Source: Trichoplax adhaerens (taxonomy: Eukaryota > Animalia > Placozoa). From it: a DNA stretch of 64,000 nucleotides. Where the stretch lies: contig NW_002060949.1 of the NCBI RefSeq assembly GCF_000150275.1, positions 4,577,216-4,641,215 on the forward strand. Direction: 5' to 3'. The notes beneath the pieces are model-generated. The model was given only the letters and a program-made list of their open reading frames with translations, searched no databases and was not told the DNA's origin. Shown here one piece after another: positions 1-11,300 of this stretch; positions within the stretch are counted from its first letter, which is position 1, and every line of letters begins with the position of its first letter. The position numbers and the translations under genes were made by a program.

Positions 1-361
1 ATAACGTAGCTTCCGTTAAAGCTTGAGGTCATGTCAAGAAGTGATTAGATAATGGGATAGACAGCCTTTCCGCTAGCTAGCAATTTCTATGATAAAGATA
101 CATCGCCTAATACACATTATTCGTAGGCAAGTGAACCGACTTAATGTACTCGTATTGTCGGTTATATACTATGCATCTTCAAAGGTAATGTTCGTTGAAC
201 TAAGGACAATAAGGTAATGGATACAGTATAGACTAGTGTGTTGTATGTAGGGTGATAAAAGATGTACTACTAAATCAAATGAAACCATAACAATTATAAT
301 TATAGTGTTCGATTGATACTAACGCTTTTCCCATCATATCGACACAATCTACTTGTGATAG

Positions 362-1471
362 AACGATTCTAAATGGCTACACACAACGGTTGGCTTGCTA
401 CGTAGGGTTAACGAGACCAATAGAGAACCTGCAGAACCTGTCACTTTAGCTCGTAGGCTTGTTCCTGATGATGCTAATGTAGTTGGCAATATTCATGGTG
501 GTCATATTTTACAACTGATGGAAGAAGCTGGACATATCGCTGCAACCAAACACTGTAATAGCGATAAAAAGATGACTGAAACAGATAATACAACTATTTC
601 CAACACTGCTTATATGACACGTCTCGAGCATATGGATTTTCTGCAGCCAATGTTTGTGAACGAGATAGCTCAAGCAAAAGCTGAAGTAGTATTTGTATCG
701 GAGCACTCCTTAGCAGTAGAGGTTAAAGTTACAGCAGAGAATATATACAAGGGAACCCGACGATTAACAAATCGGGGCATTCTGTGGTATGTACACTTCA
801 ACGTTGACAAAACTAGCCAAAATTTAGATATCGCCAAAGTTCCTCCACTATCATACAATATTCAAAAGCAGCAAGAATATCGACAATTATATGAAAGTCG
901 AAAGAGGGATAACAAGCTGGGTAAAGATTTTCGTAATACCATAAATGAAAGTGATATTACTTCGGAGAATATTCATCGAAATGAAGCTATCAATCAAATA
1001 GAAGGTACTATCGTAGCATCTGAATCTGTTTTAGCACACTTAATTATGCCTTCTGATTGCTATGAAATAAAGTTTGCAACTGGTGGTTGCTTAATGAAAC
1101 TTATGGATACGGCTGCTGCTATGGTTGGTATCAGACACTGTAAGTCAGCTGCTGTCACCGCTTCCATAAACGATATTGATTTCTATAGGCCGGTTAAGTT
1201 GAGTAGTCTCATTACCATCGTTGGAAGATTAACTTTTACCTCTGGGAAATCGATGGAAACTAACGTTCGAGTGTTTGCCAAGAACATTCGTACCGGCAGC
1301 CAATACATCGCTAGTAGTTCTTTCTTTAATATGGTAGCAATGGATAGTAATTGTATGCCCCTTAAAGTTCCGCCATTAGTATTAACTACTGATGATGAAA
1401 AGCGACAATTTGAAGAAGGTAGAGTTCGTTACGAAAATAGAAAAAAAAGTAGAGTGAATAAAATGGATTAG
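362..1471 (+). CDS. ACOT7: Cytosolic acyl-CoA thioesterase 7-like (double hotdog fold), paralog 1; main coding exon, 5' exon(s) not resolved
   Basis: ORF 395..1471 has PDDANVVGNIHGG..MEEAG (N-domain) and PSDC...GGCLMKLMD..AA..RHC, LTFTSGKSME and FEEGRVRY (C-domain), all ACOT7 signatures. The frame is open back to a tgatag| acceptor at 361/362 (NDSKWLH...). Confidence 0.9.
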   Translation, partial: NDSKWLHTTVGLLRRVNETNREPAEPVTLARRLVPDDANVVGNIHGGHILQLMEEAGHIAATKHCNSDKKMTETDNTTISNTAYMTRLEHMDFLQPMFVNEIAQAKAEVVFVSEHSLAVEVKVTAENIYKGTRRLTNRGILWYVHFNVDKTSQNLDIAKVPPLSYNIQKQQEYRQLYESRKRDNKLGKDFRNTINESDITSENIHRNEAINQIEGTIVASESVLAHLIMPSDCYEIKFATGGCLMKLMDTAAAMVGIRHCKSAAVTASINDIDFYRPVKLSSLITIVGRLTFTSGKSMETNVRVFAKNIRTGSQYIASSSFFNMVAMDSNCMPLKVPPLVLTTDDEKRQFEEGRVRYENRKKSRVNKMD

Positions 1472-2880
1472 ACCATTTGCGTCACCTACCGTCTATCGTA
1501 TTGATTGATTGATATAGTCGTGTACTATATGTTGTGGACCAAAAACTTATCATTTGTAAGCTGTTATGCGTATATGTTAACTATCTGTGTAAAGGCATAT
1601 TTCATGTTGATGCTACAATTATCAATTAATTAATTATAATAAAGGCATATTTGGGTACTGGTACTCGTCGCAGTATCGAGTTGTAGTACGATTTTTGCCT
1701 TAGCTTAATGACTTCGGTATATCATAGTTTTATATAAAGAAAGACTTTCTATTTGATTTAATTTTTGTTATGTAATTCTTTAATGGATTTCTGTACAACT
1801 TTGGAGATGATTAAATGATGAATTTGACATTGCGGTCATGATATAAATACAATTATTTATTGAATTAAATACAGTTTTAATATTGGCGATAGTAAATAAA
1901 AATTGTTATTATTAATTACAGTGAATAGTATGCTATATGGTACCATAAACTGTACATATTAATGATCAAGTTCTCTTGTATCTCCAATAATTATGATATG
2001 ATTAACACACCCAAATGATATATTATTCAGGATGTGCGCAATATTAACTGTATAGTTTTACTATACAATATAAAACTATCAGTACAATATCGGATTCGCT
2101 ATGAAAGTTATTGCAACATAGTATCCGACATGAAAAAGAAAGTGAATTTCAATTTGTAAATTTTTGAAGTTGACTAGTGTACGTACATTAACTCTTTATA
2201 AAGTAGATTTGGTACGTTAATTATACCATATATAATACGTAAACGGGTACAATTTTGTACTATATCACTTATCTGCTTACGATATCGAATATGTGCACAT
2301 AATATATGCATGTCTATTCGTCTATAAAAGTAATCCAAGAACATCGCTACGCCAGAAAGGAGACATTTCCATTTAGATTGTAATTGAAAATTTCCAAGGA
2401 TCCAAATTTATAAATTAATTATTTATAGCAGATCTTAGCACGTATGAGTAAATACGGTAGATTTAGATGTAAAATTTATAACCTATCATGGCAAAAATGT
2501 AATCTATAAGGCCTATTACAGTAATTTAAGTTTTGTAAGATTGTAGAACTTTGTAAGTCCGAATAGTAGAGATTATATACCGCAACTCCGATGAGACTTT
2601 CTAATATAACATACTAGGAAAATTTTCCAAATACAACTGTGGTACAATATATTAGTTTGATGTAAGTTGATGTACAGAGGTGACATAACTGGACTAGCTT
2701 TTAGCAGGCGATCGTGAATATTCCAGTGTGGTTGAACGATATTGTATCGAGTAGTTAGCCAGGTATGAAGAACTTTACTTGACATTAGCATTATGCAGAC
2801 AACATTGGAATGGCCAGATTCTTACTAGAAGTGACCGTGATACGTTGGCAACAGATTTTCTTCAACTGGGCAAAGCTATT

Positions 2881-3987
2881 TTATTTCTTTTTAAACATTT
2901 TTTTCCTATTTTCATAGCGTATTCTGCCTTCTTCGAATAATCGCTTTTCGTAATCACTAGTTAGTATTAATGATGGAACTTTATCATTCTTTTGTAATAC
3001 CACAAAATTATAAAAGGCGCTACTAGCTACATATCGATTACTGTTATTAGCCCAGATATCTTCTGCGATAACTTGAACCTGAACTTCCATCGATTTTGTG
3101 GAAGTAAAGGTCAGCCTTCCTATAGCAGTTATAAGATTGCCCATTTTTACTGGCTTCAGAAAATCGATATCATTAATGGAAGCCGTTGCAATAGTACCTT
3201 TGGTATGCCTAATACATACTATAGCTGCTACGTTATCCATAAGTTTCATAAGGCAACCGCCAGTTACGCGCTGAATTTGATAACAGTCAGCAGGCATAAC
3301 CATATGAACTAGAACAGATTCTGAGGCTGCTACGGTAGCTTGTGTTTCCTTAGTAGCACCAGTTTGATCGATATTGCTTACTGAAGCTATGTTATCTTTA
3401 ATGGTAATATCATCAAAACCTTGAACTAATCGTCTGTTTTCTTTTTGTTGATTATATAGTTGAAGACACTTTTGGTACTTGTCAACATCGTAATGTAATA
3501 AAGGTGGAACTTTGGCGAGGCTTACTTGCTGACTTACTGGATCCTTGTTGAAGTTTACGTACCAAAATATTCCTCGATTCGTTAATCGTCGCGTTCCTCT
3601 GCTTGGGTCTTCTGCTGTTACTTCAATTTCTACAGCTAATGAGTGTTGCGATACAAATACTACTTCGGCTCTTGCTTGTGCTACCTCATTAACAAAGATT
3701 GGCTGTAAAAAGTTCATATGATCCAATCGAGCCATATAAGCAGCATTATAGATATTCTGATCGGTTTGAGTTACTCTATTATTATTGTTACTACTATAGC
3801 AATGTCTAGTTGCAGCAATATGTCCAGCTTGTTCTGCAAGTTGTAAAGTCTGACCCCCGTGGATAATACCTAATGGATTAGTATCAGCAGGAAGAATTTT
3901 GCGAGCTAAAATAATTGAATCCGATTTATGATCATTTTGATTATAAGTTGATCTATTAGGGGAAGTAGATACCCATCTGACCGTATT
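2881..3987 (-). CDS. ACOT7: ACOT7-like acyl-CoA thioesterase, paralog 2; main coding exon, 5' exon(s) not resolved
   Basis: ORF 2881..3735 extends without a stop to 3987 (NTVRW...LARKILPADTNPLGIIHGGQTLQLAEQAGHIAATRHC) and is preceded by the same tgatag| acceptor as paralog 1. The C-domain has GGCLMKLMD and FEEGRIRY. Confidence 0.9.
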   Translation of the reverse strand, partial: NTVRWVSTSPNRSTYNQNDHKSDSIILARKILPADTNPLGIIHGGQTLQLAEQAGHIAATRHCYSSNNNNRVTQTDQNIYNAAYMARLDHMNFLQPIFVNEVAQARAEVVFVSQHSLAVEIEVTAEDPSRGTRRLTNRGIFWYVNFNKDPVSQQVSLAKVPPLLHYDVDKYQKCLQLYNQQKENRRLVQGFDDITIKDNIASVSNIDQTGATKETQATVAASESVLVHMVMPADCYQIQRVTGGCLMKLMDNVAAIVCIRHTKGTIATASINDIDFLKPVKMGNLITAIGRLTFTSTKSMEVQVQVIAEDIWANNSNRYVASSAFYNFVVLQKNDKVPSLILTSDYEKRLFEEGRIRYENRKKMFKKK

Positions 3988-5496
3988 CTATCAGAAGCGA
4001 AGAGAAGGTAAAACGCAATTAGCTTAATCTGTCACTAACAAGTTAGCAATTACACGTATAATTATTGGGGATTGCAAATGTCAAAAATTTTTGACCTGTA
4101 CATCTATCAAATAGTCCACAACTGAGATTACTGCGAGCAAATGTTCATTAGAATTAATGTTTCGAATTATAAAAATGTATTACTACAACTTGTAGAGTTA
4201 GATTAGACATCCTCTCAAGTCGCAATAAAAAGATAGCATTTTCATATACGCGTATATTTACATAATAATATTTGATGTTTAAAGCTGCTATATACTAATA
4301 CGCATTGATTGGCATTGATTTCGAGTCATATTTACCGAAACTTTTATCTTGTTTGGATTATCCAGGTGTAACTTGATGAATGCCCATCTGGTTGTTATCC
4401 ATAATCTGCTCAATCTCTGTAAGCCAATATTATTGATCATGATCAATGTTCGAGTCTTGTCAATATACAATATTATTTTTAAAATATGAACATGGCTTTC
4501 AGTCTGCAAGTTTATGAAACAGCAGGATAAATTTTGCTGAATAGAAATGTAGATAGTAATGCAGTATCTAATGAACTATAAATTATCATTAATCATCGGA
4601 CTCGCAGGATGTAATAATTTAAGGTATGAAGTGATTGTGATCGATGCGTCGTTCAATTATAATTAATTATTAACGCAGGATGGATGGAATTGTAAGTATA
4701 TCCAATGGAAGAGCCACCATATAATCAATAAGAACTGGTTATTAGCATGGTGATCCAAACATAATAATTTAATTTCCTCTTAATATGATTTCATATCGCC
4801 ATCAACATCTGCAATATAAAAAGATCTCAGGGATTGTCCTCTTCAGTCTTGACAGCCAAGGTCCCCACCTACTCCCATTGATGGTCCACATCCGTCCTGC
4901 CGGTACCGGTGTGTACATCACGTATACTATCTATACTACACTGTATGACTCAGGGGGCTGTGTAGTATTATACAGTATAGACTCATGAAATTTTCCAAAT
5001 CAGATTCCAACGTGGACAGTACTCTACACTCTACAGTACAGTGCTTATCCATCTATTACTGTACTGTACACTGTGCAAAATGAATTGTCATTACCTGAGC
5101 GCTTCTTCTCCAACCAATGCAAGTATAACTTGATTAAGATGAATGGCATGGTGTGACAGCTTATTTGAGCATAGTAAATCTCTTATATAGAACGGCTAGA
5201 GGTGGTCAGGCTGCATCTGATTTGGAGCTAATGGATGGAGAAGCTCTTGATTTTGAGGTAGTGTAATCCGGTCACGGTAATTTGGTAGTAAGTAATCTAT
5301 GTCTACAAGATGTGATATAAATTTAACTTCTGCAGATTGAAATTGTTGTCACTGTATTAAGATTGGATTTTCTCTTCATTTGTAACAGTTATGGAATGAA
5401 TGAGCATTTCAACGAGTCAAATCGATTGATTTACTGTTTGCCTTGTTATTTAAGTAAGAAGCTTGTAAGATTGATTTGCTTGAGGCTTCTGATACT

Positions 5497-7954
5497 ATGG
5501 CTGAATGCGAGAAAATCAAGCTCTACTTACTCGACGATGATGCCTTTGTATGGACTGCGGACGGTAACAACCACTTACATTTGATATGTAGTGCTGCATT
5601 ATCAAATAATGCATTGTAATTTGCAATAGATGTACGCCTATCAAATCGGTTCTATTTATGAGTATACTTCAGCTTTACCTAAATCTCTTAGCTCTCATCA
5701 GAAAATAGTATAATTAGTCAGGGCTTAGTCAGTTAATTCTGAATTAAATTGTCTATGAAGACCAGTGAGCAGTAATCATTCATCGTTTAAAACTATGGCG
5801 TAACTCTTTTATTATACGTATACAATTACAAGATAATGTTATACAGTCTAAATACAGTACATGACTAGTCTTGTATGCTTTGTTACTTAATGCAATTAAT
5901 GCAAGACGTTTAAAAAAGTAGATTGGAAGCTATTGCGTCAGAACTACAGGATAAGTTGGCAATTACAAGATAATGTCATACAGTCTAAGTACAGTACATC
6001 GACTAGTCTTGTATGCTTTATTACTTAATGCAATTAATGCAAGACGTTTAAAAAGTAGATTGGAAGCTGTTATATCCAAATTATAGGATAGTTGGCAATT
6101 ACAAGATAATGTCATACAATCTAAGTACAGTACATCAACTAATCTTGTATGCTCTATTACTTAATGTAATTAATGCAAGATGTTTAAAAAAGTAGATTGG
6201 AAGCTGTTGCGTCGGAACTACAGGATAGTTGGTCATTTAACTGGTAGTTTACCTCGACAACCAAAGCAAAATACTTACCAAGGCTTACCACTTAAATTAC
6301 TACGAGAGGAAGCTACGTTACTTCTCGAAAAAGGTTCTTAACAATTCAATATAGCTATGGTATCTGAACACGTTGACAATTTTATATTATAATACGACTA
6401 TTTATTGAATGTATGATGTAACGGCAACTGTCTTAGACGTCTACATGTGCAGTTATATCAACAGATAAGCCTTTTCACTATGGTAAAAGTGTCTTAAAAT
6501 TTGTAGTACGCTTATTATTTACCTAATTTTAATCGTAGGTATTGCTGAATTGGTTACATGTAATATACCGGAAATAAATCAAAGTCAAATCGAGTTATAC
6601 AATCACAATCGTGAGAGTAATATTATGGAGCAGGTTTGTCGCTTCATTAATTATTTCTGTCTTATTTTGGTAATATTTCCAAAATAACTATAGTGACATA
6701 CTTATGTTAATTAAATGCGAATACTACATGAAATTATACACATACTTTTGCTAATTATTATCGACTTTGTTATCCTATATAGGCCAAGATAATTGCTAAG
6801 GAGAAGAACGAACGGGATCTATTTTATCGAGAGCAAAATCATCTACCCTGTATGTACAATAAATGATCATAGATAAGTGTAGTATGTAAGCTACCGATAA
6901 TGGTCTTTATACTACTGTAGGAACTTGTTGATAACACTACGCTATTCTTAGCACTCGGTATTTTGAAATTGATGTGGTGTTAATTTGCTATACGATAATT
7001 CTGAGATTTGAATAATATTGTACTATAATTTATTAAATCAAAGATACCAAGCTTCCTATGCACTTAACTACTTAGTAGTCAACACTATTTTGTTTAAAAG
7101 TTTCATCTGCTTATTCGCATTAGGTGATGTCAATAAGGAAGCTAATAAAGATATTTCTGATGACGAAGTATGAAATTAAATTATCAAATGTCCTTTATAC
7201 GTATACTTGTAATTATAATTGATCTAATATATATTAATCATTGGGATTGACTTTGGTAAAAAATGGTTTTATTGTAAAATATATAAATAGATCAAGAAAT
7301 TGCAATCGTCAGCTATAATTCATATATCAACGGGTTCGTAAAAGTAAAAATATGCTCTTAGAATTAACAGAGAATTTAAAAGATGCTGGATTGATAAATT
7401 GCCTTTTTCAGCAAACCTAGTTGATAGCGTTACTTCGAGCAACTGCCGCAAAATAACCTGGAAATACCCGGATGCTTTAAGTGATGTAATATAGTCGTCA
7501 TATTACTATTAATTGCCGAAAATTTTAACGAGTACTGCGAAAGGTGTGATCTAACATTGTTCTAAATTACTATAAATAGAAATTTCGATATGCTGCGTAT
7601 CGTGATTTATGGTATAAAGGATTCTATATTACACCGGGAAGAAAATTTGGTGGTGATTATCTTGTTTATGCAGGTTGTAGATTTATTTTGATTAAAGTAT
7701 CAACATACGTGTATGATGTAATTATTTAAACTGGTACTAATCTAGCAAAATTTGCTAATTCAAAACAAGATGATCCATATCTTTTCCATTCGCGGTATGT
7801 CGTTCGAGTAATACCATCTGAAAGAGAAATCAGCACGTACGACATGATTGCTTTCGGTAGATTATGTACAAATGTCAAGAAGATTGGAATATTTTGTTCA
7901 GTAGTGGAAGATAAAGTTAAATATTTATCTGTTAAATGGACCGGAATGGGTTGA
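5497..7954 (+). CDS. TSEN34: tRNA-splicing endonuclease catalytic subunit Sen34 (about 9 exons; possible extra upstream exon at 5231-5257)
   Basis: Exons joined at GT-AG sites with matching phase: MAECEKIKLYLLDDDAFVWTAD (5497-5563); WKLLRRNYRIVGHLTGSLPRQPKQNTYQGLPLKLLREEATLLLEK (6196-6333); ...; YRDLWYKGFYITPGRKFGGDYLVYA (7580-7674); DDPYLFHSRY...GRLCTNVKK...VKYLSVKWTGMG* (7770-7954). The Tyr-His-Lys catalytic triad is present. Confidence 0.92.
5823..6232 (+). repeat. 3 x ~137 bp tandem repeat spanning an intron 3' end plus the first ~37 nt of a TSEN34 exon
   Basis: Units start at 5823, 5960 and 6096 (caattacaagataatg...aaaagtag|attggaagct...ttgg). Confidence 0.95.
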
Positions 7955-8384
7955 AAGTTGCTCTTTGCTTAAACAAGAACTCAAAAGAACTCTTCAAATT
8001 ATTTCCTAGTCTATGATAGGTTATTTTCAGGTGGATAAAAATATCAGATGTATATTATATTCAATTTACAATTAGAATAGATTACACTCGTATCCACAGG
8101 AGTATACACGGTAACAATGTACTGTATATGGTGGCTCTATCAAAGATTAGTATTTTCTTTAAGTTATATCAAAATATTTCTTAATATATATTTGACAGTG
8201 TTATAGGCTGTACATTTAGAGAAGACATTAAAATTCATTTGTGTATACAACATTAAACAATATAAACGATTTAGCAGTACTATAAGAGTTTAGTGTGTAC
8301 TGCATATATTAGCATGATATTCTTCTGCACAACAAGCTGATACAGCAACTGATTCAATCATTTTAATGTTGCCAATATTATCAG

Positions 8385-11300
8385 CTACTGAGCTGGAATT
8401 AAGGCGTATCTAAAGCTATCATATTGACGTACATCGACTATCCAAGACGAAAACTCTTCTTTAGCAAGGCATTCCTTTAAAACTGTGTCGTTCTATTAAC
8501 ATTTAAGAATTTCGATATATTCATTAGATTATAAATGCCTGATTTTGTTCTTAATCAAGAGTAGATAATTTTCTCAGCTATCAATTAAATAAAGTAATTA
8601 TACGTATATACGCACGATATTTCCTGTTTGTTGTGCCAGATGATTAAGACTTGTAGGATATTTAGGAGTGCTATTACGACGGAATAGTGATTCAACCTCT
8701 GAGAGTTTGATGCTACGCGTACAATTTAGATGAGAACGTACTGTTCTTTTATCTTCTATAAACATTTTAGCCATATTAAGCTAAACATGCAATAGGTAAT
8801 TAGTACAATTTATGCAAGCAGATTTTCTCGATAGAGTATAAATAGCAATTTTAAAGTACACCTACGCGCTCGAAAAATAGTTTTTCCTCTGCGGTATCCT
8901 ATTGTTGTAGCAAAAGCATGTATAAGTAATTACAATTTCTATGATATTGTTTCATAATTACAGCCATGTATCTGCATGATTACAACATTGGATTATGCTT
9001 TTTACGTTTTTTCGTTAGTAGTATATTATTAATATACTAGTACATTGAAAGAAATCAATATTATAGTTAGCTTTTAGGGATAAAATAGTGATCCTAACAT
9101 GATTCCTACCAAATTTGACTATACGTATTTTGAAAGATTGTAGATTAAAGATGTAATTATCTTTTCAATAACAATAAATTTTAGTTGACGAGATTACTAC
9201 TGATACGTCGTATAATTTTAAACGCAAATACCAAAATTTTACGGTTAAAGCGAGATGACAAGGCGGCAACAGTATAACAAAGATAAAATAAGGCCTAAGC
9301 AACCAATATATAATACTGTATTGTATAATCTTGAATTCAACAGTCTCATTAGCGTACTTACGTGAATAATTAGGCGGGTAACTTTCAAGATTTTGCTTCG
9401 CTTCGATGCATAAGCTTTCGTTATCACCTTTTGGTCATCATAGATGTAGTAATCCCAAAAAACTATTCTGTCAACTTCTGTGAGATTAATATCTTTATTT
9501 TGAATTTCTTCCAGAGGAATAAAAAGTACTGATTGACTGTGTATAAATACAGAGCAATAATTTATAATTACAAACGATGAAATTATGTTAAATTCTGCTA
9601 TGATTATTAATTGTACAGTATCTAGAGTTTGCATTTTAAATATTGAAGGCATTTAACTTATTAGAATGTAGCATGATAAAGTTGAAATAGTTGATGTAAT
9701 TGTACTCATGTAGGTAGTAAATCTTAGTAAATTTCGACTTTTACCCTTTATATAGCTTCATAGCATTTTCATTACTATTTTGCGTTGTTTTTTGCCCAAT
9801 TATTAAATACTGGTGTTTGTCTAGGCCATTTATCTTTGAGAGTATCATTTCAAAAATACTTAACACGTTATCATCTTGGAGACAAAAATTGTAAACAACG
9901 ACAATTTTTTCGGAAGATGATAAACATAACTGGATTAAACAGTCTAGAATCAAGTATTTACTACAAAGTCCGGCTATATCTGGACTTGTAGCTAATTGAT
10001 TATTTTGAACTTTTGGTGTTGAAGCAGTTAACCAGATAGAATATAAATTTCTGTACCATTTTTGAATATCTGCGTCAGCTGTAAAATTGAAACATCAAAG
10101 AATGTTCGTTTTTCAATTATAATGATCAGAAAATTTGAAATATAACTAGCTAAATATATTAATGAGATAGATAAGATTTGTATAGTTGTTAAACAGCCTG
10201 CATAGTGCCTTTATAATCATATATCTGCTTCGTGAATTCTAAGACAGGTTACTAATAAAAATCTTACTGGCTATACCTTCCTGTCCGGTAATTGAAGGAC
10301 GATTGAGAACATCATTGTACAGTTGTGTTTGTTCGTCATTTAATCTCAGAAACACTACATGCTCTATCTTTCGATGGATACGGTATTGCGTATCAGTTAC
10401 ACTATACACCTAAATTATGAAGACAATCATATAATGTTTAAATCCGTGTGCATAAAGTGCCAAAGCCTGAGAATGTATTTAGCGACGTTTGCTAAACCAA
10501 TCAACTAAGTATTGAGTAGATAGACAGACACCGTAAAATCTTACAATTTTTAAGTAGATATAATATAACCATAATACCTTAATAAAGTAATCTAGGAGAA
10601 GATCTTCTCTAGCATCGTTGGAATTATGAACTTTCAAGGCGTCAATTATGTTATTTTGCACGCGATGAATCGAATTATGTGTAGGATTGACAAGAGCAAC
10701 CATTGTACTAACTACAGTAAGAGAATAAGAAGCGGCAAATTATGATTTTCAAGATGATAAATTACAGATAATAAAACATTTGTAATTTCTGGTTCGATAT
10801 GAAATACTAGTAAAATAACAGTAATACTATTTACTAAACTGACAAGAACGCTTACACTTAGTAATATCATCGCCATAAATATCAGCCAAAAAAACTCGTT
10901 GTCGAGTGTTTACTTTTGAAACCAGATCAAAAATGGCCGTCCAACGTTGTTCTGGTAAGAAGTCGTCATCACATATTACAAGATCAGATCCTACATGCCA
11001 GTATCAAAATAAGTTTTACGAATGACGAACAAATTAATTATTAGCTCTTTACATTTACTTATTACCTGGTGATTGGAGGCAATTTTTCATCTCTTGTAAT
11101 TGCTGTGATTTTGAGTGAAGTAGCTCAGAATATGTATTATAACTTAGTAGAAGTACTCCTGAAATCTGCTTCCATTGCTTTATCGTTGCATAATTGTCTT
11201 TTTGGATCGTTGCATAATTGTCTTTTTTATCAGAATTTGGACGTAGATAGTACAACTATCAAGAATTTACTAATGTTAAGAATTGTACTTTCAAAAATCT

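Noticed and set aside
373-405. ATG at 373 or TTG at 395 as the ACOT paralog 1 start
   Set aside because: The ATG at 373 is out of frame and stops at 403-405. The TTG start is a prokaryote-style call by the ORF finder. The frame is better explained by a splice acceptor at 361/362 shared with paralog 2.
5823-6232. Regularly spaced repeats as a CRISPR-like array
   Set aside because: These are whole-unit tandem copies without unique spacers, inside a eukaryotic intron/exon boundary, and there are no cas genes.
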